Assembly: GCA_016839945.1 (NCBI GenBank)
Contig: JAEOTE010000070.1
Coordinates: 1-10,999 of the forward strand
DNA from: Candidatus Heimdallarchaeota archaeon
GTDB taxonomy: Archaea; Asgardarchaeota; Heimdallarchaeia; Heimdallarchaeales; Heimdallarchaeaceae
DNA length: 10,999 bases
Reading direction: 5' to 3'
Part shown: piece after piece, positions 1-7,242 of the stretch
Numbering within the stretch: position 1 is the stretch's first letter
How the letters are laid out: every line of letters begins with the position of its first letter
Made by a program: the position numbers and the translations under genes
The notes under the pieces: generated by a model
Database searches by the model: none
Told to the model about the DNA's origin: nothing
What the model saw: the letters and a program-made list of their open reading frames with translations, nothing else

Positions 1-509
1 GGGTTCGTAATGATGGAATTTATGTTTTAGATGTTAATGCTACAGATGAAAGAATTAGAATAGCAGCTAAATTCATTAGCAAATTTGATCCAAATAAAGT
101 TGCTGTATTCGCAACAAGACAATATGCTTCTGTTCCAAGCACAAAAATGGCTAGATTATGTGGTTTTAAAGCAGTTCCAGGAAGATTTATCCCAGGTACC
201 TTGACAAACCCCTCATATGAAGGATATATAGAACCTGAAATAGTAATTCTTACAGATCCTAGAGCCGATAAACAAGCACTAACAGAAGCTGCCTCCAGAG
301 GAATACCTATTGTTGCATTGTGTGACACTGATAATTCAACAAGTCATGTTGATCTTGTTATTCCTGTAAACAATAAAGGAAGAAAATCGTTAGCTCAAGT
401 TTATTATTTACTTACAAGGGAAATTCTCAGAGCAAGAGGAGAAATAGGAGAAATAGAAGAATTATCTGTATCTGTAGATGATTTCGCATTTAAGCTTTTG
501 AAAGAATAA
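1..509 (+). CDS. rps2: 30S ribosomal protein S2 (uS2), 5'-truncated by the window edge
   Basis: The frame is open from position 3 (VRNDGIYVLDV...RIAAKFI...ATRQYA) through GRFIPGTLTNP, EPEIVILTDPRADKQALTEA, IPIVALCDTD and DLVIPVNNKGRKS, all archaeal/eukaryotic uS2 signatures. The ATG at 147 in the ORF track is internal. Confidence 0.97.
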   Translation, partial: VRNDGIYVLDVNATDERIRIAAKFISKFDPNKVAVFATRQYASVPSTKMARLCGFKAVPGRFIPGTLTNPSYEGYIEPEIVILTDPRADKQALTEAASRGIPIVALCDTDNSTSHVDLVIPVNNKGRKSLAQVYYLLTREILRARGEIGEIEELSVSVDDFAFKLLKE

Positions 510-520
510 CCTATATTCTT

Positions 521-536
521 CGCAAACATTTTATCT
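521..536 (+). promoter_or_regulatory. Possible BRE/TATA (CGCAAA-CA-TTTTATCT) for a leaderless mvk transcript
   Basis: A purine-rich stretch plus a T/A box lies about 22-28 nt before the ATGs at 551/557, and no SD is evident. The AT-rich background weakens the call. Confidence 0.3.
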
Positions 537-550
537 TAGATGTTTATATT

Positions 551-1537
551 ATGGATATGGACAATGAGTCTATATCTTATTCAGCTCCTGGTAAGATTAT
601 CTTATTTGGTGAGCATGCAGTTGTTTATGGCTATGCTGCAATAGCAATTGCAGTTGAGTTAAGAGCAAAATGTACCATTGTTCCTTCTTTGTCCAAAAAT
701 CCTTCAATTTTAACTCCTGATTTGTTTCCTAACAAGAGTTTCACCATTAACAAAGACACATCTCTTCCCTCGTCATTAAGAGCTATTGAATTTGTAATTA
801 GAGAAATGCTTCCAAGTAAAAAAAGGACACAATACCCACGGATAGAAATAACGTCTGAAATTCCTCCTTCAGCTGGTCTTGGTTCAAGTGCTGCTGTTGC
901 TGTTTCATTAATTTCTAGCTTACATGCTTTCTTGAATATTAATAGTAACTTAGACGAGATTAATAGGATGGCCTTTGAAGCTGAAAAGATAATTCATGGT
1001 TCTCCTTCTGGGATAGATAACACCATTTCAACATTTGGTGGTGGGATATATTATGAAAATGAAGTGAAAAGAAAAATCCTAATAGACGACAAATCTTGCT
1101 TTTTTGTTATAGTAAATAGTCTTATTCCTCGGAACACAAAAGATGTTGTTGAAAAAGTTAAACAAAGAAGAGATAAAAATAAGCAAGAAATTGATCAAAT
1201 ATATGAAGAGATTCAATCAATTTCCACTCAAGGTGAAATGAGTCTTAAAAAAGGAGATCATGAAAGAATTGGAACTCTAATGTCAGAAAATCAGAATTTA
1301 CTTGAAAAATTAGGAGTAGGTCACCCAGAGCTTACGAAAATAATACGATTAGTAGACAAACATGATGCATTGGGAAGAAAATTGACAGGAGCGGGAGAAG
1401 GTGGTTGTATTGTAGCATTATTTGATGATTATCAAAAAACTCAGCAGGCAATAAATACGCTTAAAGAGAAAGGATTCCAAGCATTCATAACAAATATTTC
1501 TTCAGAAGGTGTGAGAAATGAAACAGAACATGTTTGA
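551..1537 (+). CDS. mvk: Mevalonate kinase (GHMP kinase family)
   Basis: Motifs APGKIILFGEHAVVYG, IPPSAGLGSSAA (GHMP ATP loop), HGSPSGIDN and KLTGAGEGGC; canonical position after rps2. The start may be 557. Confidence 0.93.
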   Translation: MDMDNESISYSAPGKIILFGEHAVVYGYAAIAIAVELRAKCTIVPSLSKNPSILTPDLFPNKSFTINKDTSLPSSLRAIEFVIREMLPSKKRTQYPRIEITSEIPPSAGLGSSAAVAVSLISSLHAFLNINSNLDEINRMAFEAEKIIHGSPSGIDNTISTFGGGIYYENEVKRKILIDDKSCFFVIVNSLIPRNTKDVVEKVKQRRDKNKQEIDQIYEEIQSISTQGEMSLKKGDHERIGTLMSENQNLLEKLGVGHPELTKIIRLVDKHDALGRKLTGAGEGGCIVALFDDYQKTQQAINTLKEKGFQAFITNISSEGVRNETEHV

Positions 1538-2333
1538 TATTATAAAATTAGGTGGATCTATTATAACTGATAAACAGGAGTATAAAAAACTAAAAACAGA
1601 GATTCTTAGAGATATCTGCAGTGTAATAGCGGCTTGGAACAAAAATGTTATCATCGTACATGGGGCTGGTTCTTTTGGTCACATACTAGCAAAAAAACAC
1701 TCTATTGTTTCAGGATATACAGATTCTACACAATTAGTAGGACTAACAAATATCCGAATAGATGTAAACGAATTATCTCAATCAATAGTTAAAACGCTAA
1801 AAGAACAAGGTATACCAGCTATTGGATTTCAAACAAGTGCCTTATTTTTTGATGAAAGAGAAGAAACAAATCCCTCATTCTTTAAAGAACCTCTTAAGAA
1901 AGCACTTACTTTAGGATTGATACCTGTTTTATCTGGAGATATTTTATTCACAAATAAGAAGGATTTTACAATCCATAGTGGTGATTCTCTCATAAATTTA
2001 TTAGTTCAGGAATTTGATGTGGATCGTGTTATTTTCATAACAGATGTAGATGGATTAATGGTTAAAGACTCAAAACTAGACGGAGTAGAAAGACTTTCCT
2101 CAATCCCTTTAGACAAATTAAGTCAGATAGAACTTGCTGATTATTCAAAAAGAGATTTAGTTGATGTAACTGGAACAATGAAAGGAAAAGTTGAAACTAT
2201 TTCATCTATTGGCCAATTTGTTAATCAAGTGATTATTGTAAATGGTAATGACTCTGAAAGGATTTCTAAAGTTCTGAGAAAAGAGCCTACAATTTGCACA
2301 ATAGTAGAAGGAAAAAAATCTACTAAAAGATAA
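1518..2333 (+). CDS. ipk: Isopentenyl phosphate kinase (amino-acid kinase family)
   Basis: Motifs IIKLGGSIITDK, VHGAGSFGH (IPK-specific His), PVLSGD, SGDS, TDVDG and DVTGTMKGKV. It overlaps the mvk end by 20 nt and has an SD-like GAAGGTG before ATG 1518. Confidence 0.92.
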   Translation: MKQNMFDIIKLGGSIITDKQEYKKLKTEILRDICSVIAAWNKNVIIVHGAGSFGHILAKKHSIVSGYTDSTQLVGLTNIRIDVNELSQSIVKTLKEQGIPAIGFQTSALFFDEREETNPSFFKEPLKKALTLGLIPVLSGDILFTNKKDFTIHSGDSLINLLVQEFDVDRVIFITDVDGLMVKDSKLDGVERLSSIPLDKLSQIELADYSKRDLVDVTGTMKGKVETISSIGQFVNQVIIVNGNDSERISKVLRKEPTICTIVEGKKSTKR

Positions 2334-2336
2334 GTC

Positions 2337-2344
2337 TTTTAAAT
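2337..2344 (+). promoter_or_regulatory. Probable TATA box (TTTTAAAT) of the rpl7ae operon
   Basis: It lies just after the ipk stop and predicts a TSS at about 2362-2367, i.e. at the 5' end of the k-turn leader. Confidence 0.45.
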
Positions 2345-2363
2345 TCAATCTAAATTCTGTTAA

Positions 2364-2402
2364 TACCTAATGAAGGCATAAAAAGATGTATGCCCGAGGT
2401 GA
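2364..2402 (+). promoter_or_regulatory. Kink-turn leader overlapping the rpl7ae Shine-Dalgarno (putative L7Ae autoregulatory element)
   Basis: GGCAUA (2375-2380) pairs with UAUGCC (2389-2394); tandem G2372.A2397 and A2373.G2396; bulge (U)AAU; C-stem UACC (2364-2367)/GGUG (2398-2401). SD GAGGUGA = 2396-2402. Confidence 0.78.
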
Positions 2403-2407
2403 AAATT

Positions 2408-2767
2408 ATGTATAAAAAATTTGATATTCCAGAAGAAATCGTTAAAGAGTCTTTAAACATTTTAGAAACTTCAGCAAAAACCGGTAAAATTAGAAAGGGA
2501 ACAAATGAGGTTACAAAGGTAATCGAGAGAAAACAAGCTCAGCTTGTTTTTATTGCAGAAGATGTTAATCCTCCTGAAATTGTAATGCATTTACCTCTAT
2601 TATGCGAGGAAAGTAAGATAACATACACATTTGTACCAACTAAAGATGACCTTGGTAAAGCTGCAGGACTAAAAGTTGGTTCAGCTTCTATAGCTATTGT
2701 TGATCCTGGTGAAGCTAAGCAATCTATCAAAGGATTAAATAGTAAGCTAGAAGAGCTGAAGAAGTAA
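2408..2767 (+). CDS. rpl7ae: 50S ribosomal protein L7Ae (eL8; k-turn binding protein)
   Basis: Motifs GKIRKGTNEVTKVIER, IAEDVNPPEIVMHLPLLCEE and LGKAAGL. Start placed at ATG 2408, 5 nt after SD GAGGTGA, rather than at 2390. Confidence 0.96.
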   Translation: MYKKFDIPEEIVKESLNILETSAKTGKIRKGTNEVTKVIERKQAQLVFIAEDVNPPEIVMHLPLLCEESKITYTFVPTKDDLGKAAGLKVGSASIAIVDPGEAKQSIKGLNSKLEELKK

Positions 2768-2779
2768 TAGGTGAAACTG

Positions 2780-3001
2780 ATGAGCACTTCAAGAGATGAT
2801 GATGGAACACCTGCAGAAGTTATTCAAGTCTTAGACAGGACAGGAAGTGTAGGAGAAGTAACACAGGCTAGAGTTAAGGTTTTAGAAGGACGGGATAAGA
2901 ACCGAATTCTAACAAGAAACCTTAAAGGACCTGTTCGAAAAGGCGATATAATTATGCTAAGAGAAACAGAGCGAGAAGCAAAGAAAATTCGCAGAAGGTA
3001 A
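2780..3001 (+). CDS. rps28e: 30S ribosomal protein S28e
   Basis: Motifs [19 protein letters not shown] and [22 protein letters not shown]. The GTG at 2771 is part of the SD (AGGTGA 2769-2774), so the start is ATG 2780. Confidence 0.96.
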   Translation: MSTSRDDDGTPAEVIQVLDRTGSVGEVTQARVKVLEGRDKNRILTRNLKGPVRKGDIIMLRETEREAKKIRRR

Positions 3002-3012
3002 AGTGATAAACA

Positions 3013-3201
3013 ATGCCAAAAACAAGAAAGTGTTCATATTGTGGAAAAGAAATACCACCAGGTCGTGGAATGCTATTTGTTCAAAGAGCTGGATCAGTAT
3101 TGTATTTCTGTTCTAATAAATGCAAAAAATCCCAAATTGTCTTAAAACGAGATCCAAAGAAACTTAAATGGACAGAGAGATATGAAAGAAAAATAATGTA
3201 A
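3013..3201 (+). CDS. rpl24e: 50S ribosomal protein L24e
   Basis: Zinc motif CSYCGKEIPPGRG...FCSNKC and C-terminal PKKLKWT; conserved order after rps28e. Confidence 0.96.
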   Translation: MPKTRKCSYCGKEIPPGRGMLFVQRAGSVLYFCSNKCKKSQIVLKRDPKKLKWTERYERKIM

Positions 3202-3204
3202 TAT

Positions 3205-3237
3205 TATTTCTATTCTCTTTTCATATTTTTATTTTTT
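3205..3237 (+). terminator. Pyrimidine/T-rich tract after rpl24e (possible archaeal oligo-T terminator)
   Basis: The tract ...ttctattctcttttcatatttttatttttt follows the stop. Confidence 0.35.
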
Positions 3238-3306
3238 CAGAATGTTTAAATCAATTAGTTTTTATTCTTATTTGAAATGTGTCAATAAACCATAGAGTGA
3301 ATTATA

Positions 3307-3756
3307 ATGGAACGAGAATTTATCATGATTAAACCTGATGGGGTACAAAGAAATTTAGTAGGGGAAGTAATCAGTAGAATAGAAAAAGTAGGCTTCAAAA
3401 TTTTGGCAATGAAATTCCATAAAGTCACAATGGATCAAGCTGAAAAACATTATGCAATACATAAAGAAAGACCATTCTATGAGGGACTGCTAGAATATAT
3501 TACAAGCGGACCTGTGGTTTCAATGATAGTTGAAGGAAAAGAAGCAGTCAAAATAACAAGAAAGCTTGTTGGTGCAACTAATCCAGTTGATGCAGAGCCG
3601 GGGTCAATTAGAGGAGACTATGCCTTGGAAATTGGTAGAAACATAATTCATGCAGCTGATACCCCTGAAAATGCAATAATGGAATATCAGATTTATTTCA
3701 ATGACAATGAAATTCAAAGTTATGAAAGAATTGATGAAGATTGGATTTATGAATAG
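3307..3756 (+). CDS. ndk: Nucleoside diphosphate kinase
   Basis: Motifs MIKPDGVQRNLVGEVISR, HKERPFY, SGPVV, GATNP, PGSIRGD and RNIIHAAD (catalytic His). Confidence 0.97.
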   Translation: MEREFIMIKPDGVQRNLVGEVISRIEKVGFKILAMKFHKVTMDQAEKHYAIHKERPFYEGLLEYITSGPVVSMIVEGKEAVKITRKLVGATNPVDAEPGSIRGDYALEIGRNIIHAADTPENAIMEYQIYFNDNEIQSYERIDEDWIYE

Positions 3757-3918
3757 AATCAAATAAAAATCTCTCTTCTTATTTTTAAATACACCAATTT
3801 TTTCTTATCTACCAATGTGTTTTTATTTTAATTCTAGAGAAACTGAATTATAATATTAATAGATTATTAATTGGGTTGAACTAAATCTTTCTTTAAAAAA
3901 TTGAACACAGGGATAAGA

Positions 3919-5727
3919 ATGTCTAAGATTATTGATGAAAAAACTGGTAAAAGACTAAGAAGTCCAATAGGCGTAATTTTGGGTCATGTAGACTCAGGAA
4001 AAACCAGCTTATTAGACAAAGTGAGAGGAACAGCAGTTCAAGCAAGAGAAGCTGCAGGAATAACTCAACATGTTGGTGCTTCTTTTTTCCCATCTGAGAC
4101 AATTATTGATGTTTGTGGTTCTTTAATGAAGGACACAAAAATCAAACTAGATATTCCTGGTATTCTAATAGTTGACACTCCTGGGCATGCTGCTTTTATG
4201 AACCTACGAAAAAGAGGAGCTTCTGTTGCAGATATAGCTATTTTAGTTGTAGATGTTACAAGAGGTTTTCAAGCTCAGACTTATGAATCTCTTGATATTT
4301 TAAGAGCACGAAAAACTCCTTTCATTATTGCTGCTAATAAAATTGATAGAATCTCTGCATGGAAATCTATTCCTGATGCAACATTTTCTGAAACCTATAG
4401 TAAACAGATTCAAAAAGCAAGTGAGGATATGGACAATCGGATTTATGAAATAATGGGTGAGCTTTCAGAAATAAGAATGCAGGGAGATCGTTATGATAAG
4501 GTAAAGGATTTCACAAAAGAAATAGCAATAGTTCCAACAAGTGCAAAAACAGGAGAAGGCATTTCAGATTTATTCTTAGTTCTTTCTGGTCTCACTCAAC
4601 AATTCATGATGGAAAAACTAGAATATAGCGAAGGTCCAGGTGTTGGAACCGTATTAGAGGTTAAAGATGAAGAAGGATTGGGAACAACAGTAGATGTAAT
4701 TCTTTACGATGGAGTACTTAGAAAAACAGATCAAGTAATTATAGGTGGTAGAGAAAAACCTGCTTTAATAAAAATTAGGGCTCTTCTAGAACCAAAAGAC
4801 CTAGATGAAATGAGAGATCCAAAAGACAAATTCAAAGGAGTAGATGAGATTTATGCGTCTGCTGGAGTAAAGATTGCAGCTCCTGGATTAGATATAGCAT
4901 TAGCTGGTGCTCCTATACGGGTGGCTCCTCCAGGTAAAGAAGATGAGGTATTTGCTGAAGTAGAATCCGAATTAGAGAGCTTTAGAATAGAAACAAAAAC
5001 CAATGGAATTATACTCAAAGTAGATACTTTAGGAAGTCTTGAAGCAATTGTTGATATGATCAAAGAAAAGAATATCCCAATCCAAAAAGCAGATGTTGGT
5101 GATGTAAATAAAAAAGATGTAATTGCTGCTGCAATTGTTGCTGAAAAAACTCCGGAATATGCATCAATATTGTGTTTTAATGCCAACATTCTTCCAGATG
5201 CTCAAGAAGAAATTGAAGTAAATGATATCACAGTTTTTTCGAATAATGTTATTTACCATCTAATTGATGATTATGAAAGATGGATGTTGGATACAATAGA
5301 AGCAATTAAAGTAGATTCACTCAAAGATTTAATGATGCCAGGAAAGGTAGAACTCTTACCAAATCACACATTTCATTCAAGTAAGCCTGCTATAGTTGGA
5401 GTAGAGGTTTTAGGTGGAAAGATACATCCAAAACAAATGCTAATACGTGAAGATAATAAAAGGGTTGGAAGGATACATCAAATTCAAGATAGTCAAGAAT
5501 CAGTCCAAGAAGCTATTAAAGGTAAACAAGTTGCTATTTCAATAAGAGGACCGACAGTTGGAAGACAAATAAAAGAAGGAGATGTATTGTATATAGATGT
5601 TCCAGAAAGACATGCTGTTTTGTTGATGAAAAAATACCGAGAAATGATCACTAATGATGATGCAAAGATATTAGAAGAGCTTGCTGCTATAAAAAGAGAA
5701 AATGTAAGCAAGTACTGGGGATGGTAA
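3919..5727 (+). CDS. infB: Translation initiation factor aIF5B (IF-2 homologue)
   Basis: LRSPI, G1 GHVDSGKT, G2 GITQHVGA, G3 DTPGH, G4 NKID, G5 SAKTGEG, DTLGSLEA. About 600 aa, the archaeal size, with no intein. ATG 3919 is preferred to TTG 3901. Confidence 0.96.
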   Translation: MSKIIDEKTGKRLRSPIGVILGHVDSGKTSLLDKVRGTAVQAREAAGITQHVGASFFPSETIIDVCGSLMKDTKIKLDIPGILIVDTPGHAAFMNLRKRGASVADIAILVVDVTRGFQAQTYESLDILRARKTPFIIAANKIDRISAWKSIPDATFSETYSKQIQKASEDMDNRIYEIMGELSEIRMQGDRYDKVKDFTKEIAIVPTSAKTGEGISDLFLVLSGLTQQFMMEKLEYSEGPGVGTVLEVKDEEGLGTTVDVILYDGVLRKTDQVIIGGREKPALIKIRALLEPKDLDEMRDPKDKFKGVDEIYASAGVKIAAPGLDIALAGAPIRVAPPGKEDEVFAEVESELESFRIETKTNGIILKVDTLGSLEAIVDMIKEKNIPIQKADVGDVNKKDVIAAAIVAEKTPEYASILCFNANILPDAQEEIEVNDITVFSNNVIYHLIDDYERWMLDTIEAIKVDSLKDLMMPGKVELLPNHTFHSSKPAIVGVEVLGGKIHPKQMLIREDNKRVGRIHQIQDSQESVQEAIKGKQVAISIRGPTVGRQIKEGDVLYIDVPERHAVLLMKKYREMITNDDAKILEELAAIKRENVSKYWGW

Positions 5728-5778
5728 TTTCTTATAAATTCGCGGTAAACTTATATACTTTTATCATGTTTTTTCTCT

Positions 5779-5846
5779 TGGTTGAGTTGAATCTTTTTCA
5801 GCCGATACTCAACTAGTTCTTGGGTAACCTTGGGGAAGGTTTCCTA
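5779..5846 (+). ncRNA. Candidate structured small RNA or 3' UTR element: K-loop hairpin plus second hairpin
   Basis: Stem GUUGAGU (5781-5787)/ACUCAAC (5807-5813) capped by U.U, G.A, A.G. Second hairpin 5821-5846 with AACCUU-GGGG-AAGGUU core. TTATATA lies upstream at 5751-5757. Confidence 0.4.
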
Positions 5847-7202
5847 TCAATTATTAGAGCTTTTTTTCCACCAATTTTCAATTATTTCAAAACTTTTCTT
5901 TCTTTGAACATTATATCTCCTGAATGGTTTAACTAAATGTCTTTGAGCCTGTTCTGGAGGGATATAGGTTCCAAGAGTAATTTTTCTCTGAATTGGGATT
6001 TTAGTTTTCTGTAAAGTACGATCTTTATAACTACATTTTTTACATTTGTACCCCTTGTTAAAACCATCACTTGTCATTCTTTTCTCACATTTAGGGCAAA
6101 AAGGTGATTCCTCTTTGAAATGCTCTGATAAGAAATGAATATCACTTTTCTCAAGTTGAAGAGCAAAATTCTGGATTTCAGTTTTGTATCTTATTCCGCC
6201 ATAAGCTACAAGTTTGTCCCCAGGCAGTAGATCCCGAATTACATTTCGGAATTTTTTACTTGGCTCAAAAGCTGCTACATCAATCATTTGATTCTTTTCT
6301 AGAATTAATCCCTTGAAGAAAACATGACCTCCAACAAATGTTTCAGGTTTTTCTATTACTTTCACTTCACCCTTAAAAACGGAGAAATTGCGTATTATTG
6401 GTTTTGAGTATTTAAAATGCTGATCAGTTCCTTGATTGGAACGGAAGATACAGTAAGAATCTAGAGGTTCTTCAATTTGAACTAGTTCTTTAGCTTGCAA
6501 TAAGATTTCAGGATTTTCTCCTCTGATTCCATATAAAACGGGATCTAATCCTGCTGGATTAATTAGAACCTTTCTTGATTCTTCATCAATATTATTAAAA
6601 ACCAAAGGAGAAAGTTGTTCATCCATTCTTCGAACTGATTCATCATTCAAACTTCTTTTTTTTCCAATATAATCAGAAGTTCTATAAGTTAATATTTCAT
6701 ATGTAAAGTCTTCTTCTTCAGGATTTAATTCGTTACCAACAGCTGCAAGTCCTCCAATAATTCCTCGTCCATTTCCAATAAAATGGTGTTTATAGCAATA
6801 TCTCTCTGCATATTCTTTTGCTTTAGAGATGGATATAACCTCAGTCAATGCTCGAGATGCGAAATTATGGATCTCCTTAGGTATTTTACCTTTTAAAATA
6901 ACAATGCCAGGATTCGTATCTGGATTATTTTGATGCAATTCTTCTATTGTATTAATAGAGGTTGAAATAACGTTTTCAACAAAATCCTCATGGACTGATA
7001 AAGTTAGTGCAATAGCTCCATTACCTCTTGTCTTCCAAGGAATATTTGGATTATTCCTAATCAATCTAGGATAATCAAGAAATTCCACTCTCTTATGTAG
7101 TCTATTAATTAGCTCAGTAGCTATAAAAGTTGTACAGCTCCCTTCAAGAGAATCTGTATCGTCGAATCCAATGTGTAGAGTTATCTTGGATATTTGTTGC
7201 AA
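5847..7202 (-). CDS. tiaS: tRNA(Ile2) 2-agmatinylcytidine synthetase
   Basis: Motifs HIGFDDTDS..GSCTT, LIRNNPNIPWKTRGNG, PVLYGIRG, SNQGTDQH, OB-fold GGHVFF...AAFEP, zinc ribbon CPKC...CKKC and RHLVKP. TTG start. Confidence 0.94.
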   Translation of the reverse strand: MQQISKITLHIGFDDTDSLEGSCTTFIATELINRLHKRVEFLDYPRLIRNNPNIPWKTRGNGAIALTLSVHEDFVENVISTSINTIEELHQNNPDTNPGIVILKGKIPKEIHNFASRALTEVISISKAKEYAERYCYKHHFIGNGRGIIGGLAAVGNELNPEEEDFTYEILTYRTSDYIGKKRSLNDESVRRMDEQLSPLVFNNIDEESRKVLINPAGLDPVLYGIRGENPEILLQAKELVQIEEPLDSYCIFRSNQGTDQHFKYSKPIIRNFSVFKGEVKVIEKPETFVGGHVFFKGLILEKNQMIDVAAFEPSKKFRNVIRDLLPGDKLVAYGGIRYKTEIQNFALQLEKSDIHFLSEHFKEESPFCPKCEKRMTSDGFNKGYKCKKCSYKDRTLQKTKIPIQRKITLGTYIPPEQAQRHLVKPFRRYNVQRKKSFEIIENWWKKSSNN

Positions 7203-7228
7203 TTTGCTTCAGAATGAAATTGTGCTTG

Positions 7229-7242
7229 TATAATATAAAAAA
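7229..7242 (-). promoter_or_regulatory. Overlapping T6 terminator (heat-shock operon) and TATA-like box (tiaS)
   Basis: The minus strand reads TAA-TTTTTT-ATATTATA, 27-40 nt upstream of the tiaS TTG. Confidence 0.35.

Noticed and set aside
20-328. Minus-strand 102-aa ORF
   Set aside because: Antisense shadow of rps2 with no recognisable motifs.
524-545. Inverted repeat AAACAT-N10-ATGTTT before mvk
   Set aside because: The 6-bp AT-rich arms are not significant on their own.
2369-2399. Eukaryote-like SECIS (AUGA...AA...GA)
   Set aside because: The upper helix is only 6 bp, no in-frame UGA selenoprotein is nearby, and an L7Ae k-turn explains the element better.
2539-2787. Minus-strand 82-aa ORF
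   Set aside because: Antisense to rpl7ae.
3855-3871. Palindrome ATTAATA-GAT-TATTAAT, and TGAATTATAAT repeated at 3298 and 3844
   Set aside because: Almost pure A/T in a very AT-rich spacer, so plausible by chance.
4851-5711. Two minus-strand ORFs (112 and 72 aa)
   Set aside because: Antisense to infB; the Ser/Ile/Phe-rich composition is typical of shadow frames.
3919-5727. Intein in aIF5B (also considered for Cdc48)
   Set aside because: Both proteins have normal lengths and contiguous motifs.
5761-5830. H/ACA guide RNA
   Set aside because: A K-loop is present, but the lower stem is weak and there is no ACA tail.
5798-5850. Minus-strand C/D box sRNA (UUGAUAG...CUGA)
   Set aside because: The C box is poor and overlaps the tiaS stop, there is no convincing C'/D', and the would-be guide is locked in a hairpin.
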